A stretch of DNA of 63,943 bases, the filler included, from Dimargaris cristalligena (taxonomy: Eukaryota), in the NCBI GenBank assembly GCA_003614675.1. It is 4 parts of 4 records of this genome, joined end to end, with 100 filler letters (N's around TTAATTAATTAA, not from the genome) between each part and the next. Parts side by side here need not be neighbours in the genome. Positions count along the whole stretch, not along the records: positions 16,816 to 33,456 come from ML002838.1; positions 33,557 to 50,155 come from ML002839.1; 2 more parts are not named here. One strand, written 5' to 3'. The number at the start of each line of letters is the position of its first letter. Position 1 is the first letter of the stretch. A model generated the notes under the pieces. The model made no database searches. It was not told the DNA's origin and worked only from the letters and a program-made list of their open reading frames with translations. Made by a program: the position numbers and the translations under genes. Positions 25,583-39,251 of the stretch are shown here, piece after piece.

Positions 25583-26805
25583 TTAGTTTGGATAATTTCT
25601 CGGCTGGTAAGCTACATATTGGTCATAAAAGGGCATAGTAAGTTTGGAGTCTATAAACAGGCGAAGTTCCCTAAGAAAAGGAATTGTATGATCTTGTAAA
25701 AATGGATGTAGCTGCGTTTGAACGTCCGCTGAGGTTAAATCAATTGGTCTAAATGTAATTGATACATAATAATATATATAATTGAAAGAGGAGGAGCAGG
25801 CAGTAACACGTTAGCTTAAGGCATTATGAAAAATACTCAGTGAACAGCCTAGTCACCGCGGGAATGGCTACTGGCAGAGCAATGTATATCCCGTCCAATC
25901 TGTATTTAAAAGGATTCAGCTTTCCGGTTGAAACTGCTTAGTACCAATCGGTATGAGCAGTAGGGAGGAGGTAGATATTGTTGACTGCTTTAATTACTTA
26001 CTTTTGAAGGAGAGCCATAATGTACTCAATGACAAGAGTATGATCACCAGTGCCCAAAATTACATTGACGTCTCGAGTGATCCACGGCTTGATTCGGGCG
26101 GGGTTGACAGTTCGCGAAATATCCACTAGAAACCATTGTAGAATGATATATAGATGGCATAGTTGTTCAGAAAATGTCCATACCATGTAATCGAGGTCGA
26201 TTGAGCATGATGGGCTCCAAACTATGGGGGAAGGGTGGTATTGGCGGATTAGAACATTAATCTCAGAAATTAGCAACCTGTATATTACCTAAAGTCGAAC
26301 GACTATGAAGTTCCTCGGTACCTTGGTTCGCTATTCGACATGGCACTAGTCCAAAGCCGTAGATGGCCCGTCGTTTGCGAAGGCCCGATTCCGCTGTATA
26401 CTGAGGACGATTTGGCTGTCTTCCGGGCGTCTGACCGACACGAGGTCTACTCAGACGTGGTGGGTACGGTGTTCGAGAAGTGGACTGACCGCCCAGCGCA
26501 GGTTGCTCCACGGGCAATACTCGGTGGAATTGGCCCTGGATATCGTAGATAAGTGCGGTAATACGCCCCTGGCAGAGGGGGCAACGGGTATCCACGGAGC
26601 ACCAGGCAGTAATACAGGGGAAACAGTAGGGATGGAAACAATGGTCAACGTAGGCCAAATCGTGAACGGTGTCCAGGCAAATGGCACACCGGCTGATTTC
26701 CTCTTCGTCAGTGGGAGGTAAGAGTGTCGGAGACGATGGTGGCTCGGCGGGCCTTTCAGGAGGCACGCCAGGTGAAGTAGTGACAATGGGGGTAGCAGGG
26801 TCCAT
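25583..26805 (-). CDS. Topors-like C3HC4 RING E3 ligase; exons 26805-~26289, 26125-26002, 25748-25583
   Basis: CAICLD..CFHPYCFPCITAW...CPLCQ RING. Downstream exons give RIKPWITRDVNVILG and LHPFLQDHTIPFLRELRLFIDSKLTMPFYDQYVAY, resembling the Topors helical domain. The exon 1 donor is 26289 or 26322. Confidence 0.8.
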
Positions 26806-29598
26806 GTTGAGGAACATTCAAGGAGACCAGGAAGCCCGAATGCGACGAAGCTCTTAACTTGCATTCAGGAGCATTGTAAACCGAATAGAAAGGAAAGCAG
26901 GATGGGGAATGGACACATGCCCCCTGTTCCCCTCGTACTGGACAGCCCAATCTTCGGAGGGTTAATGAGGGTTTCGCTTGGTGGCCTAGTTGGTCAGGGG
27001 AATGCACGAAGTCCCCCACTTTACTGGTGGGCAGACAAAGTGGCCTACACCAGCCATGGGGGCTTTTTGCCTGACTCGACAACTCCGACAGTGGGACTTT
27101 TACCAGGCAGTAAACCCTCTAAATCAGGATTCTTATACTGCAACCGCCGAGCGGCCTATCCAGCCGAGACTCCACTCCCTCACGTGACCCGGCCCCCTGG
27201 GAGGCCCCACCAAGCGAAGCGCGAGCGATAGCCAATTCCACCGAACCCGAGAAATGAGAACAAGAGTATAAATCTCGCAATATGCTCCCGAACCCGGAAT
27301 CTGGTTGTCTTAATAAAATACAATCAATATTCATAAACTTTATTATTTTCTTATTCCCCCCCTCGGATCCCGAAATATTGGTAATTCCTCGGTCCCTCTC
27401 GACCTAACCGTTACAATACCAATAAATCCAACCTTATTTCGGCTCTACCAGTACCCATTTTTATGTTGTGTATAGATGTTGTGAGCCACACATACTAAGT
27501 TCGGGACATGCACAGGGTCAGTAGTGCAGCCGCACATAAGGCATGCACAAATAGCTTACTGGATGAGAAGTGTCATAGTATAGATATGGGTTAGTGTACC
27601 CTATTAGGCTATAAGGGGTTATTTACGAAGATAAGCGCAAGAGAGGATCAATTAGGCTGAAAAACGAAAATCCCGCTTGGTGAAATGGCCATTCCTAATA
27701 AACAAAGAAAGTATGTGTAACGTTTAAAAACCTATACAGCTGGGCTGAACATCACTAACATGTAATTTCGCCCCGATTGGCCTGGAGGAGGGTTGGAGAC
27801 CTGATAGAGTTACCCAACTTTACCCAATTTTTGCGGCTGGCACCAAAAATCGACCCAATTCAGGGGGGCGGGAATCCTCAGCTCCAAAAGCAGCATTGGC
27901 CGGGAAAAATGAGAATGGAGAAGAAAGGACTGTAGAAATAGTTTGTGGCCACTCAACTCTCACAGTAAGAGGTGTTTCTGTCTCCGTAGCCTCGGGGGGT
28001 ATTGCTACACGTAGTAGGCCCATCATCGGCCCGTGGGCAACAGCATCGAATTTAGATCATTCGATTTGACTTAGATTTGGGGCCAATTTTCGCCTAATGG
28101 GTTTCTCGCTGGTTACCCAACTTTATTCTACTCTACTCTAGTCATAGATCAACCACCCCTTCTGCAGCGCGATCCCCACCAATAGTACCAGCGGCTGGTG
28201 TATCAATCAATGGGTCAGACCAGTCAATGAAGTGAAGTGTATATACCACACCGCCGACCGATAGTCCAACCGCCAAATTGTCAGTGGGTACGTCCACAGT
28301 GTCCGACCCGGCCTTTATTGGTTAATTCGGGCGGTTGGCTTGTCTCATTCTGGGATCAAGAATCCGTTATCCAATAATATTTGTCAATTCCAGTTTCGGA
28401 GGTCCGCGCTAGGTGGAAAAAATACATCGATGGGTCTCTCTCTCTCTCTCTCTGGGTGCGCGTCCATCTTTCAGTTGGGTGACGAAGTTCGATCCGTTAA
28501 AATTGCCAAATGGGGTAACTCCTAATCCAACCTGGTATGGGACGGGCACTGTGTGATGCACATCTTCTTCTGCGGATTTGATCCTTCTCGTATTTTCAGG
28601 ACACGTTAGACAGTCTGCACATTATTTGCATTCGACTGACAGGAATTGCAAAAATGTTTGACCTGGGAAAACCACATAATGTTCCATTAAGGTACAACGG
28701 ACCAACCTTTTTTTGTTTATCACTGCTATTCTTCAATGGTCACTGCAATGTGGAACACTGGGCGAAAACCTATTCGTAATAGTAATAGGAATGGGCGAGT
28801 GGAGGAGTGCCCCACCTAAGGATGTGGAGAAAACATATTACTTGGGTAAATCGCCCATCCATTTATCCCCTGCAGTTAAGACAATGGACCAAAGAGAAGT
28901 TAGTCGACCCCCTAAAGTAGAAGAGTCTCCCATCCCCCGCCAATGAAAATATAGACCATGCTTCCAGCTGCATGGTTTCGGCTCGTGCCCAAATTTGACT
29001 GTGGCGTTACCGCGGCCAGCCAGTTTTGGGCATTGTGCACGAGTATAAATGACCCGCTCGGTCGTCCACAAGTTTGGGACTGCGTGGTTTCTACTCTCCA
29101 ACTTTTTTTATTACAATTTTCCCCTCTCTTTGTTAGAGCTTCGGGTGCCAAGTTTTCGGCATTGGACTATGCAAGTCACATTACCCTTGGAACTATTCCA
29201 CTCCTGGGTAATCCGCCGTTTCATTTCGCCCAAGTAGACGACTCCCCTGTCTGTCGCTTCCCATTCTAGCTTGCTCAGCCACAGTTCATACAAGTGCAAT
29301 ATTCAAACAGTAGTAATAACTAGGGATTCCACTGCTCTTCCCCCTTCTTATATATATACTATCCACTATTTCGTCTCGGTCATATTGAAGGTTCTATCCA
29401 GCAACTTTGATTTTGGTTTATTCCGAATATTTCCAGGTAACCCTGTTATCGCCGACCCCTCTCTCATTTTCAGAAAGGGGTATTCCGCCTTCTTCTATGT
29501 AGTTTCCCCCTTGCCTGTTTACTTCCCACTACTTTCGCACGCCCACGACACACAACTTGGGTCCGAAACCCTTTGGCCCCTCCCCCTCATTGCCTTCT

Positions 29599-32491
29599 AT
29601 GAGCAGCTCGAGCCTCCTCCTACGACGAGCCTGCGACCACTGTTCGAAACGAAAGGTGAAATGCGACGGACGCAGCCCCTGCACCAACTGTGTCCAGCGC
29701 AAGTGCCCATGTGTCTACAGTAATTCCACGCGGCGGGCCCCGGCCCCCGGTCTCTCGCCAGCCACCCCTGGCCCATCCCTCTCGGTGATTTCCGAGTTTA
29801 AGCGCAGCAAAGCCAAGACCCCGGCCACTTTGGCCATTGTTCGACCGACCCGACCTGGTCCAAGCGGGCCCTCCTCTACCCTGACAAGTCCTACCGGTCC
29901 CATAGTGGTACACCGCTCTACCCAAGCTCCCACGGTAGCGTCAATGGCGGCCGTCGTACCGTCTTCTGGTTTCCGACCACCGGCCCAGCCGTCACCCTCC
30001 ACGGCTACTTCCACTGCCGCAGCCGCCGCTGCTGGGGGGCTCCCGCCGCACCAATGGCACACGCGGTCCTCGTCCTCTGTGGTGCAGGACATCGTCCAGG
30101 TGATGCGGGCCAAGTGGGCCTCCGGCGATGTCGACCCCCTTTTTAAATTTTACAGTCGGGTGTATGGGCAATTGGGTATGCCCAGTGTTGTGAACATAGC
30201 CGAATCAGAGCAAAATGCCGCACCTGTGGAAAGCACGCTCGCTTTCACGGCTGAGTTTGAGCGGGGTGAGCGCGAACCACTCACTGATGTCGACTTACCT
30301 CACCGCATGGCCGGCCTGACGGCGGTACTCGACCGCCCGGATGTGATTACTCCGCTAGTGACGCACTACTACCAACAGTTCGCCCCCGCCTCCACCCCCT
30401 ACCACGCCCTGCGCTGCCTCTACGCCATCCAGAACGGCCACCTGCCGGATATCTTGGTCAACGCGCTATTGGCGTACATGGGCCGGCGGTCCCAGCACCC
30501 GTCTCTCACGGCCAACCCGCCTTACGATATCAGTCGCCTGTACTTTAATCAGGCCCACGCCCTCATTATCGATGCCCTTGATCAGCCATCCTTGTATACC
30601 CTTTTGGCTTATCAGCTCCTGGAGGCCTCGTCGTTTGCCATTATGGCTTTTGATATGGCCATTGCGAGTAATGGTAAGATTGCCCGTACAGTTTTTTGGG
30701 TGTCGTATAATACTTTTGCATGTTGATTCGCTGCCATACCTCTGGCAGGAAATATTGAGGGGGAGGGGAGTAATTGGTGTTGGAAAATCTACTATAGCCA
30801 GAAATTCAGTCGACTGTGGGTCGACCGAACCAAGGATGGCTCTTGCGTTTTTTTCCCTCTCCTTATTATTTCCCCCCTAAATTCAATTTTGGCCAATCCT
30901 TTCGTATAATATTTTGGGGGTTTTAACTTGGCCGTGTCTGTATCTTCCCATTTTCACTGTGTACCCTCTAGATTTGTCCATTAGGTAAGCTCATCCGGTA
31001 CCTAAATTAGGCATCTAATTCACATGTAGTTAATTTTGACAATCATATTTGAATACGTCATAATTTCCCTTCTTGGTGTGTATCACCTCCTATTGGCTGT
31101 TGGAACCCTCGAAAAGAAGCATACGTACTTGATCCATAATATATGTCGCTTTTGGCTGAATCGTTGCTTACCCACTACCTACGCTCCTTTTGATACCATA
31201 TGCATAATTCTGACCGATTTGTTTAATGTTCTTAATCAGACTATGCCTTTCGCTCAACCTCCACCGCATCGATATCGGCTATTCGGAAAGGGACCGCGGC
31301 GCCTTTCTGGAATCGACCATCGCCCATACTGTATATTACCAGCGGTACCATTTCTGGTCCACCGTCTACTTGCATTTCCACCACTGCATGGTTTACTTTA
31401 CCCTTCCCATCATTTCGTTAAACGAATGTGCTGTTCTTCTACCCGATGGCAGGCCCTGTCCCCCACCATCGAGTTACCGAAAATCCGATCATGTTCCCGC
31501 TAATACCGCTAATACTCCGTTAGTCTCCGTTTCCAATCCGGCCACCCAAGCCCAGTCACTACCTAGCGAAGTGGCCTCCAGTCAGTCCCCAACCGATAAT
31601 AGTTCAATTAGGGAACCGGCTGGAGACATCTTGCATATTAGCCATTCCCACCCTACCCAAATATCGACCCTTCAGTCCTTCTACCTTAAAGACTGCACCG
31701 TAATCACCAAGGATCCGGCGCATCCTTTGAATTTCTTCATTCCCAACCACGTGGGGCATATCTTTGACCACCCCCACCACTACGCCTTCATTTCCCTCGT
31801 CGAAAGAGTCGCGCGTCTGGGGGCTCGCAAAACCCGGCACGAGGGAATACCCCGGTCGGAATTAGACGCCATTGACCGAGACCTGGTCGACTGGTACGCC
31901 CATATGCAACTTATCAGCCCCTTGCTTGATCCAACGGATTCTGGTCCGGCGAGGGGGGGAGAACCCTTAGGATCCGGCCCTCCCGTGGCGGACGAGCCCT
32001 TTTGTCGGCCCAATTCCCCATTGCGCCACCAATACCCCCTGTCCGCCCTCCTGGACCTCCATTGCCTGTACCATTCCGTACGGGGCAACCACTTTCTGTA
32101 CGGTCCCGCCCCGGATCTCCACGGGATCTTCGATTCCACCACCACTCTGGCGTACGCCAATCGCGTCCGGTGGTCCATTGCGGAATACTTCAGCGCCCAC
32201 CTACTGCCACACTTGAAGGGTCTGCACCCCAGTATCCAAACCCGCCACCAAGGGGATGCTGTATTTAATATGGCTATGGTCTACGTGCTCGCGTTCATGG
32301 ACGACCGGGATCCCGTAGCCAAGGCCCGGTGTGTGGAAATTTTACCCACTTATGTAGGATGGATGCGCAACCACGGGTTTTATAATGGTAATATCCGTAC
32401 TACCAGTCTAATGCTGCGCGACAGGTTCGGCCTGTCGACCGAGCGAATAGCGGAATTGGACCAAATCCTGCAGGCGAGTCCGCCGGATTAA
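29599..32491 (+). CDS. Zn(II)2Cys6 fungal transcription factor; exons 29599-30673, 30972-30984 (13-nt microexon), 31240-32491
   Basis: ACDHCSKRKVKCDGRSPCTNCVQRKCPCVY binuclear cluster. The microexon restores the frame to give IRLCLSLNLHRID, typical of the middle homology region. Confidence 0.9.
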
Positions 32492-33817
32492 ACTCTTGAA
32501 GTATGCAAAGGGATGTCCGTGGCTTAATATGGCCCTTCGCTTGCCCCATCAAGACTGACAAAGTCGATGGCCGGTGGATAGTTACCGCATCCTAAGGGGA
32601 TTTACCCCAATGTTGGAGTTAACAAATATCACAAAAAAACGGGGGGGGGTCTGGATTTTTTCGATTGGGTATGTTCTTGTAGGCGGTCTAATACATCTAT
32701 AATCTCGGTGACGATGGCCCAGTACGGTATTTCTATTTTCTTTTATCGAAAAATGGAAAATACGGCCAACTAGGTTGGCGACACACAGCCTACTTGTCAA
32801 TCATATAATGTTAATAATATTATCAAAAGAGTTTCCACATTCATAACGACCACTAGCTGTAGTTTTATAGAGTAATAGGTCACATGATACATCACAAAAT
32901 GTAGTAATATTCGCTCATACTATTAATTAAACTATTTAACTAGATGACTTTGCAGTGGTGGTTGGTCACTCTAGTACCAAGCAAGATACTCCAGGGAAAC
33001 ATAAAAGGATGAGTATCAATGTATTAACAGTTAAGTATAACAGCCGGCCAGGGGGTAATCTTACATGGGCATTTCGGGCTAACCATGCTAAGTGTAAACT
33101 CGGGGCTATATTCTTACCATTACTATATTATTCTACACTCGGGACTTCGTCCTAATCTTTATTACTGCTATTATCTAACTTAATAAAACTAACCGCGGGA
33201 ATTTAGCTCTGCCCTTTGCAGTTCTTTCTCTCTTCTTTAAATTATTCTAGTTGTATCTGAAGGCACTTGCAATTACCATTAAACTTATATTTCCAACAAT
33301 ATTTATGCATAAATATTAACCTAGAGGGTTTTCCTGGGTCTAGTAATGGCTATGCTAAAAGATATCTATCAGTATGCAGAAGACCCTTGTCACCTGGGTT
33401 TACCACTCTTAGTCCATCAAGAGTCCCAAGGATAGGCTTCTAATGGTAGGTGGGGCNNNNNNNNNNNNNNNNNNNNNNNNNNNNNNNNNNNNNNNNNNNN
33501 TTAATTAATTAANNNNNNNNNNNNNNNNNNNNNNNNNNNNNNNNNNNNNNNNNNNNGTTTCGAGATAAACGAATAAATATATGTTTTAACTTCACCAGAC
33601 GATACCGACGATTAACCTTTTACCCAGTTTTATCATTATCAGTTATTTTATTACCATTACTTCTACTTGTTTTACTTTTATCTACTTAGTTTGAATTTGT
33701 GGTATCTCCGAGTACCAAATTGATTATACGATTTGAGCATAACGTTTTCCTTATAACGTTTTTCTTTATTTCGACCTTTTTAACAACCGACGACGCGAGA
33801 CGACGACATACGACGCG

Positions 33818-35146
33818 ATGGCCGACCAGAACACCAGCGGCGACTTCCCTAAGGCCACCTCGGTCTCAACCCCCCCGAACCCAGCAAAGCCCAACGTTCC
33901 GCATTACATGACAAAATATGGCGAGCCATCAAGTGGAAAGAAACCGGAGATTCCCCCTCCTGCCAACTCTCCCAAAGGCACGCCAGCGGAGTCCCTCAAA
34001 TCGTTGGCAACACATAATAGCAGTAATAACGATTAGGACAAAGTTCCAGTTATAGGATGATATAGTAACGGCTATAGTAAAGTCCCAAGTATAGGATGAG
34101 CCAATCACAGAGATGGAATCAGTGGGACGGGGGAAATGAATTTCCAACAATTACCACTATGAGAATGAACACCCAGTGAACAGGGGGGAAGTAAGGCATG
34201 GTTGGTGGCAATCGTTCATCTACCAGGGCATCAACAGTTCAAAATGGTGGCCTGCTGGAATACAACTTGGCTGATACTATACCATTGGATGAAAATAATA
34301 TGAAGGAGCTTTATAGTCATAATAATAATAGGTTTTTAGCCACCCTGTTTTTGTGGGCCATCGAATACGAAATCACCAGCTTTGAACAGCTATTTGCCGA
34401 GTTTGGCAATCCCTTCCAAACCAATGATATTCCATGTATCCGAACTCTGGGATATAATCAGACCCACAGTTACCTGGCCCAGAAGTTTCAAAAACTGGGT
34501 GCCTTAATCGCTGACCCCGACGACCTTTTCACGTGCTACCATTGCTTCACCTTCAACAGTTTTGTTTACGTGGCCCCCAAAGCAGCCGACGGTACAGCAG
34601 AGATCCTGGTTCTACACAATCGGAAATTGGACAACCCCTTACAGACGTTGCTTTACGAGGATACCCCACCTTTACTTGACATTGCTCGTAGTTTGGCAAA
34701 AATCGGCTCACCAACCGACAGTCGGGGAGTCCCTGTTTTTTCTGTCGGGAATTTGGAGAGTATCTGGAACTCCATCGGTGTCATTGAGCAGCTCACCGGT
34801 ATTTATGGTAGCGTAGTCCCACCTGGTTCCATGGCCCAAACCCCCCTGGTTGCGGGATCTTATACCCCATCACCCCCCTACCAACGAGGCCATTTTTCGG
34901 TCCATTACGATGATTAAGGAATGGTTCATGAAGGCATTCCCACCGGCCAATCATTATTCGTTCATGGTTGAGGCTACCCAGTCAGATAACTCTCTACTTA
35001 ACCCAACTACCAAGGCATTACAACCTCTGATTGAACAAATTAACGAGGAACTACGCCGGTTTAAGGAAAAGTATATGTTCAAGACTTTCGTTCAAATAGA
35101 GCTCAACGCATTTAGTAGCGCGTTTGAGGTCAATTCTTACCATTAA
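33818..35146 (+). pseudogene. Decayed ORF of unknown origin (possible transposon or viral relic)
   Basis: Co-linear ORF pieces at 33818-34036, 34198-34917 and 34850-35146 are separated by TAG/TGA stops and frameshifts. No clear introns; lies next to a gap. Confidence 0.5.
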
Positions 35147-36957
35147 GCGGCCAATAAATTACTTGACCCAACTGTGGGATCCATAGTTACCACTTATAGA
35201 GAGAGATTATTTTAACTATATAATCCCGCATAATAGGGTTTTCTAAAGATTATTGTTATTTTTGAAGTTGCTTTTTTTCTTTGATGTCTCGTATGATTTA
35301 ATATTTCAAGTCAACAAATTGTTTCGATTGGTGCCCTATACCGATTCAAACTTCTTAGGTTAAATGTCATATATTATCACTAGTCAAAGGGCTGATTGCA
35401 CCTGTTTTACAAAATATGAGGGGAGGGTAGGGGATTGGAGTTTTGGGGATGGTAGCCCATTCGCTCTTTAACGTGTTTGTAGGGGTTCGGCATCTACTAG
35501 ATTGGAAACTTAAGAGCCCTTTGGGACGAGGAATTAGGAAATGATTTAGAAACTGGCCTCTATTATCGTGGGCAGCGCTTAACTTAGAAGGTGTGGTACG
35601 TAAATTAGAGCCACACGTAAATATTGGGTAATTGTAAAAAGGAAACTTTGCCATTTCTAGAAATGGGCGAAATTCGACACTACTATAGGAAAGATGTTGA
35701 ATAGACCACCGGTAGGATAGTCGGCGAAATGGTCTGCTACAAGCTCGCAATATCGGACCCATCCCATGGTGATTTTGTTTTGCGGCTGGACTCGGCCTAT
35801 TCCAAATTAAAAGCCCCCAAACGCTACGCACTCTACTTGGATGTTAATACTCTCCCCTCCTTCGACCATCTTTAGGTTAAATTCCCCAAAGCATGGCCCC
35901 TCTAGTCGAATGGCGGCTATACGTATTAGCCACCGACTGGCCACAAGTCCATCACTTAGAGTAATGTACTCCACTGTCCTACATAACCGATGATCACAGG
36001 TTCTTTTTGCGAGCAAGTAGTCCCTCCATTTATTGATCAAAAATAGGCAATGTGTATTACACCTGTCGGCCATTCCCTTGCACAGCGGGGTTTTCCTTTT
36101 GCCGACTCGCGCATGGAAACCCAATAGTACGTTTATAGAATAGGGGAGAAAGTGGAGGGGGGGGTAAAGTATACTAATGCGCTAGCGAACGGTATCGGCT
36201 ATTCAGCGCGGTTTACTCAAGTTTACTTCCAGTGGTGATATCTACAGTAGATAAACATACTATTCGGTTCCAGTAGCGGGTAGCTGGAAATCCTATTTAC
36301 TGCGTATGGCAGACATGGGATGATTTTCCACCACCATAAAGTCGCCTATAGATAACGGCTACGTTAGACACGCTCGCCCCTAAAATGTCTCCTAAAAGCT
36401 CGATACAGTACTGTGACAATGGGTATTGCCAATTTAATGTCTACACATAGATCCTAAACAGGTATTGAGAATTATTGGTGGAATATTCGGAGTAGGTACT
36501 GCACTAGGGAAGGAGGGGGCCCTTTTCATTCGATTTATCTGGACTTTGCCGGCAGGAAAGAAATACAGGTGATTTAGTCACACTATTACCAATATATTGC
36601 TAATTATAAGGCACTTAAGGGAGAGTAATAAGTGCCTCGACACGCTGCCACCATTTTTAGGGGGAGAGCCTTGTTGGGTAGCACAAGGTATCCCCCCCTT
36701 CCTTCCTTCCTTGAAAACTGTTATTGCCACTGTTAATTTAGTCGACTGGATACTAGATATATATATATATATAATTCTTAAGATCTCACCACCAACCCTT
36801 CCCCTCCGTTCCCCACATTCCTATGCCATTCCAGTGGGGATTGCATTCGCACCTCAGACCTACCTACTTTGGATTATTTTTTATATTGGACTGTTTAAAC
36901 CCCAGTGTGTTTTTGCAACCTTTTGTATCATATCGTCCTGGTCTCTATTTTGTAGCC

Positions 36958-38479
36958 ATGCATGTTTCGATTAGTACTATTCTCCTGTTGGGTGGAGGGG
37001 CCGGCTGTACGGTAGCCACTACAACGGGTACGGATCATATTATCGAACAGATATTCAACCGTGGACCAGTATTTACAGGAAAGGTTACCCCCGAATATAT
37101 AGAATATGTCAACCGATATATGGTTAACTATTTGCCAGCAGCCCAACATCAGGTAATATATATGCCAATAATTAGATATAATATTGGCCCCTAGCTAGCA
37201 TGTTTTTTTATAGTTCGGGGATTTTACGCGCGGTTAGTTTCTAAGCAAGTTTAGCACCAAATAGCCGTGCCTTAAGTTAGTAAATTGTGTTATTGGAACA
37301 CCCGGTAGCTCCCATTTAAAATTAGCCCACTGCGTTTTATCAGTACTATCATGGTCTAACCCGTCCATTCGATACTATACCCATTATGTCAAACCACTTA
37401 CCTAGCTTATATTTCAGTTCCCCAAAACCATCGACAGATTGATGGCACAAACTAAGCACCACTTGCAGCTGGCTGTGAAGGCAAACAGCCAGTTACTTGA
37501 CCAGGAAATTCTTGTCAATTTACTGACCCAGTATTTCGATTTGCTTCGACCCGAGATGCACAGTTATTTTTACTATTCCTACCTACCGTGGTTTTTTGCA
37601 CCGGAGGTTTTTGAAGCAATGAGGAAAACCCGCTATTCGGTGGAGCAACACCTGGCGGCGCAGGACCAAATCGATATCAATTTATTGACGCCATTCAACC
37701 GGTATGTACAAACGGATGCCTACCGGGCGGGGAATTTTCTGGCGCTCCTGTTGGAACTACTCTCCCACGCGTCCGAAAACGGCTTGCGTAGGAGCCTGAC
37801 TGACCCCGTTTTACGTCCAGTAGTGGATGGGCTGGAAGAATTGTCCGCCCGCCACACGGAATTGCCCCCGGAACGCCGGTTACCCCCACATTACCGGGGA
37901 CTAACCAAAACTTTCCGGATTATGGTGCGGGACCACTTGCTGGCGGACGCCATGCGGGGCTGGATTTATGCAAACCGGGGTATGCCTCGTCCGCTTCCTG
38001 AAGATGCCCACACGCGCATCGACGATTATCTAGTCCGCCTATGGAACGACAGTGCCCCGGCCGGCCAACCCCTGGAGGGCATCGATACCCTCATCGAATT
38101 AGCCTACTATCTCGAAGCGGAAGACGCTAACGCTCCTGCGGTGCAGTACATGGCCGAACGGTTTGCCGCCTTGTCGTTCACGACCCAGAATACGGTGGTC
38201 GAGTGTGCGGGCCTGTTTAAACCCCCGGATACGGCCGACCTCACCCCCGCCGCCCGGCATTTGGACCGTCTACGTCGTCCTGGGCAGAAATGGCTAAACT
38301 GGCGCCAACCGCAGTTTAAAGAATGCGTGGATGAATTAGAGCTCCGCCCCAGTCATCTATTTACTATTCCATGTCCCAATCCGCGCTTCATTCCAACTCC
38401 CGCGGCTATTGACGAATACATCTTCAAATATCTTTCTGATAAGGTTCACGCCTTACCATTGACAGAGGAATACAACTAG
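36958..38479 (+). CDS. Secreted orphan protein (~418 aa, effector candidate); exons 36958-37152 and 37418-38479
   Basis: Signal-like MHVSISTILLLGGGAGCTVA. The CAG|GTAATA...TTTCAG| intron joins in frame to the 346-aa ORF. Confidence 0.75.
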
Positions 38480-39056
38480 AATAACTCCACTGGCTATTTT
38501 TATGGGATTGCGGTTTTGTTGAGTTAGTAGGGAATATTCTCCTAAATAAAAGTCTATCGAGTATTTTTTTTACCGACTGATAAAATAACGGACGTAAGGT
38601 ATCCAACCTCGAAACTGGCCAACTTCGTATACATATTTTGGTTTAGTATAAAATACGAATACCCCCATCTCCAACAATGATATATTAGTTTATTTAGAAA
38701 ATAACAGATTGGGGAGGCAGAACTGATAGTTAAATCGAGTTGAGTTAGGTAACTTAAAACTAAAGGAGCTGCTTTAGAGTCGGGGAGAAAATGGTGGTGG
38801 TGGTGGAACGTTAATAGATTAAAGGGGAATTCCTAAGGGATTGGTGGAATCGGTTAGGTTTAACATAATTCAGGCGTTCAAATGTAAGCTTGATTGGCTA
38901 CCAGCGGGCGCGCGCGTGAAGAAAGGAATAATAAAGCGACCTTGGGATGGAGGAGGGGAGTGTTGGATCGCGGAGGACGGGACGTATTATAGACTATGCA
39001 AGGCTGGCTTCGGAAGACATCGCCCAAAGATACCGTGGGACAGATTCGAAGCACCT

Positions 39057-39251
39057 TTAGCAAGGCATCCACCAGCTGCCGTTCCAGCAGGAACCCCAAC
39101 CGGGACCGGTGCCGTTACCATCGTCACCGGGACCACCTTCCATTTGGCGCTTGGACAGGTCAGGGAGGCCATCCTGAACGGGGTGGGCCTGGACAGCGAC
39201 AACGAAGGCGACAGCCAGAAGAGTGATGGCGGCGAAGCGGAGAGAGACCAT
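39057..39251 (-). CDS. Secreted prepro-peptide, 64 aa: signal peptide, pro region, KR, Gly/Trp-rich two-Cys peptide
   Basis: MVSLRFAAITLLAVAFVVAVQA-HPVQDGLPDLSKR-QMEGGPGDDGNGTGPGWGSCWNGSWWMPC. ACCACCATGG Kozak context, TATATAAA near 39385-39392, C-ending codon bias. Confidence 0.8.
   Translation of the reverse strand: MVSLRFAAITLLAVAFVVAVQAHPVQDGLPDLSKRQMEGGPGDDGNGTGPGWGSCWNGSWWMPC

Noticed and set aside
33298..33317. 20-bp palindrome AATATTTATGCATAAATATT
   Set aside because: AT-rich and low complexity with no supporting context.
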